A DNA stretch of 64,000 nt from Candidatus Hodarchaeota archaeon (GTDB lineage Archaea > Asgardarchaeota > Lokiarchaeia > Sigyniarchaeales > SOKP01), in the NCBI GenBank assembly GCA_048886685.1, contig JBHLKM010000008.1, positions 107,897-171,896 on the forward strand, written 5' to 3'. Positions 1 through 10,155 of this stretch are shown here, one piece after another. The notes beneath the pieces were generated by a model that was given only the letters and a program-made list of their open reading frames with translations, was not told the DNA's origin and made no database searches. The number at the start of each line of letters is the position of its first letter. The stretch's first letter is position 1. Made by a program: the position numbers and the translations under genes.

Positions 1-714
1 AAAAATTTGAAACCAAATCCCGCAGCCTTTCAAAATTTATCTAGAATTAGGAAAACTATGTTAGAGAAATATGATATTGTAGTTTCTCAGGGAATAACTG
101 GTCCATTTGAGAACTGTGTGTTTGGGATAGGACATGCAAATTTCGCTCGTTTTGCGAGGAAAGATCCAAGTTTCCTTCAACAACATATGGATTTCCAATG
201 GGAAACGATTGAAGAACCCTCTTTGAAGTTGTTAATGAAGCAAAAACCTGATGTGGTAATGTGTGGAGATGACTATGGTTTTAATGCAGGATTACAAATG
301 AATGTTAAAAACTGGCGTAAATTTATTAAACCAAAATTAGCAGAATATGTTAAATATGCTCATGATGGTGCTGCTAAGTTTGTTATACATAGTTGTGGTA
401 ATATAGCTGAGATATTCCCTGATTTTGTTGAAATTGGAATTGATGGGGTAGAATCTTTAAAACCAAAAAATAACGATTTAAAAATGTATAGAGAAAAATA
501 TCCTGAAATTACATTGATTGGTACTGTTGATGATTCAGAAATGTTAAAATATGAATCACCTGGATTTATTAGAAATTCAATTCGAGATGATATTCAAACT
601 TTAGGAAAGAAAGGTGGCTATATACCGGGTCCAACAAATTTCTTATTGGATCAACCCCCTGAAAACATAGTTGCTCTATTTAAAGCGATACAGGATTACG
701 GAAAAATATATTAA
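1..714 (+). CDS. Uroporphyrinogen decarboxylase / MtaA-CmuA methyltransferase family protein (5' truncated by window edge)
   Basis: GDDYG, HSCGN and GGYIPGPTN..PPEN motifs typical of URO-D/MtaA TIM barrels; frame is open from the window start. Confidence 0.8.
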   Translation, partial: KNLKPNPAAFQNLSRIRKTMLEKYDIVVSQGITGPFENCVFGIGHANFARFARKDPSFLQQHMDFQWETIEEPSLKLLMKQKPDVVMCGDDYGFNAGLQMNVKNWRKFIKPKLAEYVKYAHDGAAKFVIHSCGNIAEIFPDFVEIGIDGVESLKPKNNDLKMYREKYPEITLIGTVDDSEMLKYESPGFIRNSIRDDIQTLGKKGGYIPGPTNFLLDQPPENIVALFKAIQDYGKIY

Positions 715-784
715 GTATAAGTTTTTTTTTAATAGAATATAATTATAATCACTTATAAGTATCAAAATAACTAGATGAATTTTA

Positions 785-1837
785 ATGGTTATTGAGACGA
801 ATATAACTAAGATGCTTGGAATTAAGCATCCTATAATTTCAGCTCCAATGGGTCCATTTTTTACGACTGAACTAACTATAGCTGTTTCAGAAGCTGGAGG
901 TCTTGGAGTATTGAGTCATACTGGTTTACTCAGCGAATTTCAAGCTCGTAGATTTCCTACAGAGATAATGAAAGAGAATATGCTTAATGTGATTGAACAT
1001 ACTGATAAACCTTTTGGTTTTAATATCAGAACTTCCCGAACTGAGCAAAGTGGGGCGAGAATTTGTAAAGAAATTCCAAAATTCCTATTAGAAAATCAAA
1101 GGGTTCGAGAACAATGCGTATATGTTGTAACTAGTGCAGGGTCTTCAAGAATCTTGCCTGAATCAAAATCTTTCCAAAAATTGAGGGAAAACGGTTCAAG
1201 TATCAAACATTTTCATGTTGCCCCTGCACTTTGGCTTGCAGATAAATGTGTTGCTACAGGTGTGGATGGTTTGGTGATTACTGGTGGTGAAGGAGGGGGA
1301 CATCAATCATATGAAAGAGTAAGTACTCTTGTTTTGTTGCAACAGGTTATACAGAAATATCCAGATTATCCTGTTGTGGCATGCGGTGGATTTGCAACGG
1401 GGCAAGGTCTTGCGTCTGCTTTAGCCATGGGTGCTGGGGCTGTTGCGATGGGCTCACGGTTTATTGCATCTAATGAAAGTGAATTTCATGATACCTATAA
1501 GAATATAGTTCCTCCCGCAAAAGCTCAAGATACAATACTAACTACTGGTGCATTAGGGCTTATTCGCTTATGGAAAAATGAATATTCACTCCATCATGAA
1601 CTTGTTGCAAATAAAGAAGAAAAATTGGCTCAAGAAGCAGCAATTACTCCAGAAGAAGCAACTGAAATAGCAGAAAAATACGAATTAGCCTACCGAGGCA
1701 ATATCAACGACGGTGCGGTGCCTCTAGGACAAAGCATTGGAGCTATTGATAAAATTGAAGATGTATCTAGTATTATTGATAGGATAATTAAGCATGCGGA
1801 AAAAAACTTGAGAAAAGTCTATTCTTATTTAAAGTAA
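785..1837 (+). CDS. Nitronate monooxygenase / FabK-like FMN oxidoreductase (paralog 1)
   Basis: LGIKHPIISAPM, GGEGGGH, VVACGGF, GAVAMGSRF motifs. Confidence 0.85.
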   Translation: MVIETNITKMLGIKHPIISAPMGPFFTTELTIAVSEAGGLGVLSHTGLLSEFQARRFPTEIMKENMLNVIEHTDKPFGFNIRTSRTEQSGARICKEIPKFLLENQRVREQCVYVVTSAGSSRILPESKSFQKLRENGSSIKHFHVAPALWLADKCVATGVDGLVITGGEGGGHQSYERVSTLVLLQQVIQKYPDYPVVACGGFATGQGLASALAMGAGAVAMGSRFIASNESEFHDTYKNIVPPAKAQDTILTTGALGLIRLWKNEYSLHHELVANKEEKLAQEAAITPEEATEIAEKYELAYRGNINDGAVPLGQSIGAIDKIEDVSSIIDRIIKHAEKNLRKVYSYLK

Positions 1838-2004
1838 ATTTTATTTTTTCTTTTTTAGCTTTTTTTAAAGAACTACCTTGAAGTGAATACTTTAAAATTA
1901 ATAACTGAAGGATTCTAGAATAACTTTAATAAAACTATATATTTACAAAAAACAAAATAAATTCTAAAAAATCTAAAATTATCAATATTCTATTGGTAGA
2001 TAAT

Positions 2005-4314
2005 ATGGTAAGTCAAGAAATAGATGATGAAGGAGTAAAAATTGTAAAAACTACTTCTGCCTTTGATTGCGGAGGTCGGTGTCTCTTAAGGTTTCATGTT
2101 AAGGATGGAAAGGTTATAAGAGTAGAAGGTGATGATTTTCCTGATCCTGACCAACAGCTAAGAGCATGTTTAAGGTGTAGGTCAATCAGACAGTATATTT
2201 ATCATCCAGAAAGATTAAGATATCCCTTAAAAAGAGCTGGTCCAAAGGGTTCCGGCAAGTTTGAAAGGATTTCATGGGATGAAGCATTAGACACTATCGC
2301 AGAGAAATTAAAAGAAACTATAGAGAAATATGGAAATCAAAGCATCCTATATATTACTGGAGGAGGTTATTTAGGAGCTTTACATAGTGCCGGAGCGGCT
2401 TATGCAAGATTATTAAATGCACTTGGAGGATTTTCAAGCTCATACGGTAATATTTCTTCTCAAGGAGCTATTTTTGGAACTCAAGCGTCATACGGTTTTG
2501 GTCAGATTTTTGTTGGTAATAGTCGAGAAGACTGGTTGAATACCAAATTGATCATCTGTTGGGGCTGGGATCCCGCACGCCAGATTTCAGGGACAAATAC
2601 GTTATGGTGGCTAATTAAAGCTAAAGAAAATGGGGCTAAAGTTATTGTAATTGACCCACGTTATTCAGATACAGCTTTAGTGGTAGCAGATCAATGGATT
2701 CCTATCATTCCTGGAACAGATACAGCTATGATGGCAGCCATGGCAAATGTTATGCTTCGAGAAAATTTATATGATCAGGAGTTTCTCGATAAATACACTC
2801 ATGGTTTTGATAAATACAGAGATTATGTCTTGGGTGATGAAGATGGAATTCCAAAAACTCCCGAATGGGCTGAAAAAATTTGTGGCGTACCAGCTTCAAC
2901 CATTGAGAATTTAGCTCGAGAATACGCCACAACTAAACCTGCAGCGTTAGAAGATTGCCAGGGCCCTGCTCGCTCAGCAATGGGTGGTCAATACACACGA
3001 GGAGCTATTACACTTTCTGCAATGACAGGAAATATCGGAAAACCTGGCGGAAGTGCTTGTGGTGGACTCCATGGGATTCCTTATGGTCATATGTTTAGGG
3101 GAATTATAATTCCTCCAGGTGCTAATAAAGCATGGCCAAAAGGAAAATCCCTGAGAGGAAATATTAACCCAAGAGATCGTTTAGACACTCGAGTCCATGT
3201 AAATAAGATCTTTGATGCCATTCTTAACGGTAAAGCAGGTGGATTTCCTATGGACGTTAAATTTGCTTGGTTCTGTGTATGTGATTTCTTAAACCAGATA
3301 GGAAATGCGAATAAATCCGCAAAAGCTTTAAGTCGCGAAGATTTGTTTACTGTTGTTCCAGAATTATGGTTAACTCCTACTGCTCAATATGCTGATATCG
3401 TTCTTCCTGTAACTGGATTTCCGACAAGGAGTGAGCTTACAAGACCATGGCCCTCAGGACCTTATTTTGGTCATATGAATAAAGCTATTGAACCTATCGG
3501 TGAATGTAAGGACGATATCGAAATAGCGGAATTATTAGCTGAGAGACTAGGTATTAAAAATTTTAAAAGAGAGGAACTTCTTGAACTATATTTAAAGAAT
3601 CCCCAACTCGCTCCTGCGAAACCCCTTATAGATCAATATGTTGATATCAATGATAAATGGCTTCGCTTGCTCTCTCTCATGGCACAAGATGTTCGGGAAA
3701 ATATAAAAGATTATGATAAATATAAAAGAGAAGGAATCCATCGAGTCGAACTAAAAGAACCATATGTAGCATTTAAAAAGAATATAGATGATATTGAAAA
3801 AAATCCATTCCCAACGCCTTCTGGGAAGATTGAGATATATTCCGATCAAATTGCAAGCTGGAATCGTCCTAATTGTCCACCTATTGCGAAATATGTACCA
3901 ACATGGGAAAATCGGGATGATCCCTTAGCAGAAAAATATCCACTTCAATTAATATCACCGCATCCAAGGCAACGGGTACATTCAGAACTCTATAAAATCG
4001 AATGGCTCATGGAAGCAATACCTCATCGTATGTGGATAAATCCTGCTGATGCAGAACCTAGAGGTATTAGAAATGGTGATATGTGTTTAGTCTTTAACGA
4101 TAGAGGTACAGTAGCAATTGAAGCGTTTGTCACAAGAAGAATTATGACAGGTGTAGTTTGTATTTATGAAGGTGCCTGGTACAATCCTGATGAGAATGGA
4201 ATAGACAGGGGTGCTTGTGCAAATACCCTAACAAAGGATGAAATGGCTGAAGGTGGTGCGGCTGCGTTGAAAACATGTTTAGTTCAAGTAAAATTGGAGA
4301 AGGGAGGTGAATAA
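2005..4314 (+). CDS. Molybdopterin (Mo/W-bis-PGD) oxidoreductase catalytic subunit, DmsA-like, no Tat signal
   Basis: DCGGRC, HPERLRYPLKR, ISWDEALD, IDPRYSDT, PGTDTA, TPSGKIEIYS; YGNISS resembles the DmsA Ser-ligand loop; ATG 2005 preferred over TTG 1993. Confidence 0.88.
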   Translation: MVSQEIDDEGVKIVKTTSAFDCGGRCLLRFHVKDGKVIRVEGDDFPDPDQQLRACLRCRSIRQYIYHPERLRYPLKRAGPKGSGKFERISWDEALDTIAEKLKETIEKYGNQSILYITGGGYLGALHSAGAAYARLLNALGGFSSSYGNISSQGAIFGTQASYGFGQIFVGNSREDWLNTKLIICWGWDPARQISGTNTLWWLIKAKENGAKVIVIDPRYSDTALVVADQWIPIIPGTDTAMMAAMANVMLRENLYDQEFLDKYTHGFDKYRDYVLGDEDGIPKTPEWAEKICGVPASTIENLAREYATTKPAALEDCQGPARSAMGGQYTRGAITLSAMTGNIGKPGGSACGGLHGIPYGHMFRGIIIPPGANKAWPKGKSLRGNINPRDRLDTRVHVNKIFDAILNGKAGGFPMDVKFAWFCVCDFLNQIGNANKSAKALSREDLFTVVPELWLTPTAQYADIVLPVTGFPTRSELTRPWPSGPYFGHMNKAIEPIGECKDDIEIAELLAERLGIKNFKREELLELYLKNPQLAPAKPLIDQYVDINDKWLRLLSLMAQDVRENIKDYDKYKREGIHRVELKEPYVAFKKNIDDIEKNPFPTPSGKIEIYSDQIASWNRPNCPPIAKYVPTWENRDDPLAEKYPLQLISPHPRQRVHSELYKIEWLMEAIPHRMWINPADAEPRGIRNGDMCLVFNDRGTVAIEAFVTRRIMTGVVCIYEGAWYNPDENGIDRGACANTLTKDEMAEGGAAALKTCLVQVKLEKGGE

Positions 4315-4316
4315 AG

Positions 4317-6323
4317 ATGCAGGTAGGATTTTATTTTGATCAAACAAGATGTGCAGGTTGTAATGCTTGCAGAGTGGCATGTAAAGATTGGCATGACCAA
4401 CCATCAGGTCCAGCATCATGGATGAGAATAAATTACTTTGAAGAAAGGCCATTTCCGAACGTTTTTGCTTGCTATCTTATATCGAATTGCTATCACTGTG
4501 AGGAACCTGTTTGTTCTTATATTTGTCCGAATGAGGCAGTAAGTAAAAGAGAGGAAGATGGGATTGTTGTGGTAGACAAAGACAAATGTAGAGAAGAAGT
4601 TCCATGTGGCATAATTTCAAAAGAAAAAATGGGTCCTAATTATTTATATGGTGAATCTCAAGCTCCTTGTCAAACCGCATGTCCAGTTCATCTCCATATT
4701 CCCGCTTATACTGCTTTAATAGCGAAAGGTAAGTTTAAAGAATCCTTGGATTTAATAAGACGAAGGATGCCATTACCTTCTGTATGTGGTCGCGTTTGTC
4801 TTCATCCATGTGAAGAAGTTTGTGCTCGAAAAGAAGTGGATCAGGCAATCGCAATAGAAGCGTTAAAAGGATTCGTAGCAGATAATGTATCTGAAGAGCC
4901 ACCAAAACGCATAGAGCAAACTCAAACAGAAAAAGTTGCGATAATTGGGTCCGGTCCTGCGGGTTTGGCAGCAGCGTATGACCTTATAAGATTAGGTTAT
5001 GATGTTACAATCTTTGAAGCATTGTCCAATGCTGGAGGTATGCTGACCGTAGGAATTCCAGAACACAGGTTACCACGTGATATACTCAACAGGGATATTA
5101 ACTACATTAAAGCACTTGGGGTAGATATCAAGACTAATACTACAATAGATCTAAATCAAGGTTTAAGTGATCTTTTAAAACAAGGATATGGAGCGGTACT
5201 GGTTGCAATTGGGGCTCATAAAGGGAAGAAACTCGATATACCGGGAGCTGATTTAGATGGGGTATTAGTAGGAACCTCATTCATGCGAGATATTAATCTT
5301 GGTAAAGATGTTAATCTTGGTAATAAAGTAATAGTTATAGGTGGAGGAAATGTTGCTATGGATTGTGCGCGTGCTGCCCGTCGTCTTGGTGTTGAAAAGG
5401 TAGGTGTATCTTGTCTCGAATGTTGTGATGATATGCCAGCTGATGTATTAGAAGTGGAGCAAGCTCGTGAAGAAGGAATTGAGATCTATGATTCTCGTAC
5501 ATTCACAAAAATTGTAAGTAACAATGGAAAAGTTTCTGGAGTAGGATGTCTTGAGATTACAGGATGTACTTTTGATGATGATGGAGAAGCCCATTTTGAT
5601 GTGGTAAGTGATGAAGAACACACTTTAGAGGCTGATACAGTTATTTTTGCTATTGGTCAAGTTCCTGAAGTAAATAATTCTGGGATAATAAAAACCAGCA
5701 AGATGGGTACTATCACCGCAGATCCTGAGACTTTAATGCTTGAAACTGAAGGAATATTTGTTGCTGGAGATTGTTTTAGCGGCGTGGCAAGTATTATTGA
5801 TGCTATAGCAAGTGGTCAAAAATCCGCATCGAAAATCCATCGTTATCTTCAGGGCGATATACTTAGAGTTAGACCCATTCCAGAAATTCCAGCAACCGAT
5901 ATAAAAGTTGATATTCCTTCAGACACAGAGAAAAAAGAGCGTCAACCGATGCCAGTTCTATCAGCATCCGAAAGAGTTAACAATTTCAAGGAGGTCACCT
6001 TAGGATTCAGTGAAGAAGCTGCTATAGCTGAAGCCGAGAGATGTCTTAATTGTGCAGGCCACTTATGTAAAGATGCTTGTCCCTATTCTGCTCCTCAATT
6101 TGTTGAGGAAGAAAAAGCAAGGATGCAAAAATGTAATTATTGTGTTGATAGATTTGATATTGGAAAACAACCTATATGTGTTGAGGCTTGTTATGCACGT
6201 GCTTTAGATTCTGGTACATTAGAGGAATTAAGGTCAAAATATGGAGATATTAAAGAATCACCGGGTTTTTCTTATTCAACAAGTGCTAAACCAGCAATTA
6301 TTTTTAAACCAAAAAAGAAATAA
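4317..6323 (+). CDS. DmsB-like 4Fe-4S subunit with inserted GltD/NfnB-like FAD/NAD(P) oxidoreductase module
   Basis: N-term CAGCNACRVACK and CYHCEEPVC; middle CGRVC, GSGPAG, GGGNVAMD; C-term CKDACPY, KCNYCVDR, PICVEAC; SD GGAGGTGA upstream. Confidence 0.85.
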   Translation: MQVGFYFDQTRCAGCNACRVACKDWHDQPSGPASWMRINYFEERPFPNVFACYLISNCYHCEEPVCSYICPNEAVSKREEDGIVVVDKDKCREEVPCGIISKEKMGPNYLYGESQAPCQTACPVHLHIPAYTALIAKGKFKESLDLIRRRMPLPSVCGRVCLHPCEEVCARKEVDQAIAIEALKGFVADNVSEEPPKRIEQTQTEKVAIIGSGPAGLAAAYDLIRLGYDVTIFEALSNAGGMLTVGIPEHRLPRDILNRDINYIKALGVDIKTNTTIDLNQGLSDLLKQGYGAVLVAIGAHKGKKLDIPGADLDGVLVGTSFMRDINLGKDVNLGNKVIVIGGGNVAMDCARAARRLGVEKVGVSCLECCDDMPADVLEVEQAREEGIEIYDSRTFTKIVSNNGKVSGVGCLEITGCTFDDDGEAHFDVVSDEEHTLEADTVIFAIGQVPEVNNSGIIKTSKMGTITADPETLMLETEGIFVAGDCFSGVASIIDAIASGQKSASKIHRYLQGDILRVRPIPEIPATDIKVDIPSDTEKKERQPMPVLSASERVNNFKEVTLGFSEEAAIAEAERCLNCAGHLCKDACPYSAPQFVEEEKARMQKCNYCVDRFDIGKQPICVEACYARALDSGTLEELRSKYGDIKESPGFSYSTSAKPAIIFKPKKK

Positions 6324-6399
6324 GCAAACCAATTCTTTTTATTTTTTTTTCTTTTTTATTAATTATTATATTTTTAATATTTTAGGGGACTATTTAGAT

Positions 6400-7557
6400 A
6401 TGGATGAAGAAATCGAAATTCATGGTTTTTGTGATGAGAGGTTAACGGCTGTAAAAGAAGCCTTTACCAAAAATTTCAAAGTAGATGGAGATGTTGGAGC
6501 TAGTTTTGCAGCTACTCTAAATGGGAAGTTTATTATTGATATATGGGGTGGTTATACTGATGAGGCTAAATCGAGACCTTGGGAAGAAAACACCATAATA
6601 AATGTATATTCAACAACCAAAGTGATGACTATAATATGCGCACTCATGTTAGTCGATCGAGGATTACTCGATCTTGATGCTCCCGTAGCTACGTACTGGC
6701 CAGAATTCGCGCGAAACGGAAAAGAGAAAATTTTAGTTAGACAAATTTTCAGTCATTCTTCTGGTTTAGCTGGATGGGAAGAAAAAATTAGTGTCGAAGA
6801 TCTTTACAATTGGGATAAAGTTGTTAACTTACTAGCTGCTCAAAAACCATGGTGGGAACCAGGAACCAAGAGTGGGTATCATGGTATTACACATGGTTAT
6901 CTTTTAGGGGAGTTAGTTAGGCGTATAACTGGTAAATCTTTAGGTACTTTTTTTAAAGAAGAAGTAGCTGATCCACTCAATGCGGATTTCCATATTGGTT
7001 TTGGCAAAGAACATGATAAAAGAGTAGCCGATTTAATACCTTTTAAAGCCCCTCAAGAGGGTGATCTAGGTTTTGGAGATACCGATCCTAATTCTATTTT
7101 TAATCGTGTTTTTTCTAATCCTGAGTTAACGACAGAACATATAAAAACGAGAGAATGGCGTGCTGCTGAAATTCCTGCAGCAGGAGGACACGGAAACGCA
7201 AGATCCATAGCAAGAATCGCATCAACTATTGCATGTGGTGGTGAAGTGGATGGTGTTCGAATTTTAAAAACGGAAACAATTAAAAAAGCAATGGAAGAGC
7301 AAAATTATATGAAAGATCTTGTTTTGTTAATGCCAATTCGATGGGGTCTTGGTTTTGGAATTCCAAGTAAAGAGATACCTTACCCATCCCAAAATACAGT
7401 ATGGTGGGGTGGAGCAGGAGGAAGTCTAGTCGTGATGGACTTGGATAATAAAATAAGTCTCTCTTATGTAATGAACCAAATGAAAATGACGACAATGGGA
7501 GACAGGCGAACTGCTAGATTAATAATGTCTCTGTATGCTGGCTTGAATAAAATATAA
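6400..7557 (+). CDS. Serine hydrolase, beta-lactamase family (EstB-like esterase)
   Basis: YSTTK (SxxK), WEPGTKSGYH, WGGAGGS; start moved to ATG 6400 because the longer ORF overlaps the previous gene and a T-tract. Confidence 0.88.
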   Translation: MDEEIEIHGFCDERLTAVKEAFTKNFKVDGDVGASFAATLNGKFIIDIWGGYTDEAKSRPWEENTIINVYSTTKVMTIICALMLVDRGLLDLDAPVATYWPEFARNGKEKILVRQIFSHSSGLAGWEEKISVEDLYNWDKVVNLLAAQKPWWEPGTKSGYHGITHGYLLGELVRRITGKSLGTFFKEEVADPLNADFHIGFGKEHDKRVADLIPFKAPQEGDLGFGDTDPNSIFNRVFSNPELTTEHIKTREWRAAEIPAAGGHGNARSIARIASTIACGGEVDGVRILKTETIKKAMEEQNYMKDLVLLMPIRWGLGFGIPSKEIPYPSQNTVWWGGAGGSLVVMDLDNKISLSYVMNQMKMTTMGDRRTARLIMSLYAGLNKI

Positions 7558-7567
7558 AATTTATTAT

Positions 7568-8749
7568 TTATATATTTGCTAATTGATTACTTAAATCTAT
7601 AAGACCCATAGCAATCTTAGCTGTTTTATTAATATCCACAGCATGGGGCCACCGATCATTAGGATGATGGAAGAATTGATGGTTTGTATCAATAATTGAA
7701 AAATATTCACCTCCTCCTTCAAAAATGTTTTGAGCTTCTCCCCATGGCCTCCTTTGTCCAGGGACGCTCCATTTTGGAATGATTCTAAATTTTTTCAACG
7801 CTTCAAGAGCCAAATTTTCAATTTCTGAATTAGAAGACTGAATTATAACAGTGGGGATAAGAACTCCGTCCTGATCTATTTGGGGTAAGGTTGATAAGTT
7901 CGCTCCTAGGTGTATCCAACATGAAACATTTTTTATCAAACTTGAATTTTTTTCCAGATAGTTATCAAGTCCCAGATGTCCTAATTCATGACCTGAAGTA
8001 GCCAAAAAAATAATATCTCTTTTTGGTAAATTAAAGTAGAAGTTACGCAATATTTCTAAAAAAATTGCTATTCCTCCAGCTCTTTCTGACGCACAATTCC
8101 ACCATCCGCTTCGTGGGGTCATTATTACCATTGGATTTAATTTAGAATCTTTTCCGTTCAATCGAGAGACTATATTGAATGCTTTTGTATTCGTTTTCTT
8201 AATTTTAAAATTTAAAATTGCTTCATTTCCTAAATTTGAGGTTATCCATTCCAAATACCTACCTGAAATCTGTAAAGTTGGTGGTCCAAAAGGTTCTTGG
8301 AAATTTACAGCATTAATAAGCGAAAGTCCAGGAGTATTTCCCTCAGTTACAAGGACCAATCCTAAATGTCTATTAATCTTTCTTATCTTGTCTAACTTTC
8401 TTATTGTGTTATTATTTACACGTGAAATGCCAATAGTATTCTCATTTTCAATTTTTCCTAATTTACCCTTGATAAACTCTTCATTTGGGACTATACAATC
8501 AAAAAGAGGTACACCATCTATTTTTTTATTATTAATCTCTAATGAAGCTTCATTAATATCAATTCTATTGAATATAAATTCCTCCATCTTAGGCTTAAGT
8601 CCTATTTTTTTTATTTCATCACATAACCAATAAGCGCTATCAGAATCAACTTTGGTTCCTGTACGATGGATTCCTTGATTATCATAATCTTTAATAATTC
8701 TATTTATACGTTCTTTTAATTCTTGGATTTTATTAGATTTATTAGACAT
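7568..8749 (-). CDS. Peptidase M28-like Zn-hydrolase fold protein
   Basis: GIHRTGT, ASERAGG, FLATSGHELGHLG, HLGAN, FHHPND pattern. Confidence 0.55.
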   Translation of the reverse strand: MSNKSNKIQELKERINRIIKDYDNQGIHRTGTKVDSDSAYWLCDEIKKIGLKPKMEEFIFNRIDINEASLEINNKKIDGVPLFDCIVPNEEFIKGKLGKIENENTIGISRVNNNTIRKLDKIRKINRHLGLVLVTEGNTPGLSLINAVNFQEPFGPPTLQISGRYLEWITSNLGNEAILNFKIKKTNTKAFNIVSRLNGKDSKLNPMVIMTPRSGWWNCASERAGGIAIFLEILRNFYFNLPKRDIIFLATSGHELGHLGLDNYLEKNSSLIKNVSCWIHLGANLSTLPQIDQDGVLIPTVIIQSSNSEIENLALEALKKFRIIPKWSVPGQRRPWGEAQNIFEGGGEYFSIIDTNHQFFHHPNDRWPHAVDINKTAKIAMGLIDLSNQLANI

Positions 8750-8835
8750 AATTAAAGACTTTACCTTTACTATTGGGTATTATTTCACAAAGAAATAAAA
8801 AAATATAAAAAAAAATTTAAGATATTTTCTATAAA

Positions 8836-10149
8836 TTAAAGAGCTTCAACTACAGAAGCAATGCCTACGCCGAAACCGCCACACATTAATTGTACGCCAT
8901 ATTTTTTATTGTAATTCTTCATGTAATGCACCATTTCAGTAAAGTAGATTACTCCACTTGCACCGATAGGATGGCCTATAGCAATTGCACCTCCAGTAGG
9001 ATTAACTCTCGGATCATCAAATTCATATCCAAAATTTTTTGCAAAAGCCAAACATGGGCTTGCGAAGGCTTCATTAGGTTCGATTACATCCATATCATCT
9101 ACTGTTAGTTCTGCTCGATCCAATGCTTTTCTCATCGCAGGAATTGGTGCGAGCAACATGATGATTGGTTCTCCTCCAGCAACGGCAGTAGAAAGTATTC
9201 GTGCCATTGGTTTTAACCCAAGCTCATCTGCTTTCTCTCGGGACATTAGTAATGTTGCAGCTGCTCCATCAACTATTTGTGAAGAATTTCCTGCAGTGGT
9301 TTTACCTCCTTTCTCAGCAGGTCTGAATACTGGTTTCAGCGATTTAATCATCTCCCATCCTTTTTCTGGATCATCTAAATAAATAGGTCGCACAGTCTGG
9401 TCTTCGGAAATCGTAACCTCCTCAACTTTTTGCTTCCCAGTGTTTTCATCCATAATTGGTTTCATATTTTCATCTATATATCTTCTCAGATAAGTTACTG
9501 GTATCACACGGTTGAAATACTCTTCTTTATTGCGCATTGCCTTAGTAGCTTTCTGATGACTCCACATACCAAATTGATCTAATTCTTCCCTTGTAAAACC
9601 ATATCTATCATTAATCATCTCTGAAGAAACCCCTTGAGGGACGATACTTCTCATAGGTTCATTAGCCCATCTTGGAGACGTTATCATGGGATAGTTTGGG
9701 ATCATTCTAGTTATTTGCATATCTGAACCCATCGCATAATGCGTCATTGACTCAACACCCGCTGCTATACAAATATCACCATCACCCACTTTAATCGCGT
9801 TAGTTACAGTGTTAACAGCTTGAAGTCCCGCATTACAGTATCGATTGACAGTTGCTCCCGCTACTTCTTGTGGCAATCCTGCTAGCATTACTGCTATTCT
9901 AGCGATATTTCCTCCTTGTTCACCTAATTGGGATAAACATCCTACATGGCAATCCTCAATTTCTTTTGGATCAAATTCTGGACACTTTTCTTTTGTTCTA
10001 TCTACAACTGCTCTTAAAACTGTTACCAATAAATCTTGAGCAGAACATTCCCGAAATGCTCCTCCGAGCTTTCTCATTTGGGCTCTACCCGATTTTCCAA
10101 CCGGTGTTCGAACAGCATCAATAACTACACATTCTTTTAATTCTGTCAT
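8836..10149 (-). CDS. Acetyl-CoA C-acyltransferase (thiolase)
   Basis: DAVRTPVG, catalytic NRYCNAG, NEAFA, GHPIGASG, MCGGFGVG. Confidence 0.95.
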   Translation of the reverse strand: MTELKECVVIDAVRTPVGKSGRAQMRKLGGAFRECSAQDLLVTVLRAVVDRTKEKCPEFDPKEIEDCHVGCLSQLGEQGGNIARIAVMLAGLPQEVAGATVNRYCNAGLQAVNTVTNAIKVGDGDICIAAGVESMTHYAMGSDMQITRMIPNYPMITSPRWANEPMRSIVPQGVSSEMINDRYGFTREELDQFGMWSHQKATKAMRNKEEYFNRVIPVTYLRRYIDENMKPIMDENTGKQKVEEVTISEDQTVRPIYLDDPEKGWEMIKSLKPVFRPAEKGGKTTAGNSSQIVDGAAATLLMSREKADELGLKPMARILSTAVAGGEPIIMLLAPIPAMRKALDRAELTVDDMDVIEPNEAFASPCLAFAKNFGYEFDDPRVNPTGGAIAIGHPIGASGVIYFTEMVHYMKNYNKKYGVQLMCGGFGVGIASVVEAL

Positions 10150-10155
10150 TTTTAA

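Noticed and set aside
6241-6399. N-terminal extension of the esterase ORF
   Set aside because: Overlaps the upstream gene and runs through a T-tract (FFFFF); ATG 6400 fits better.
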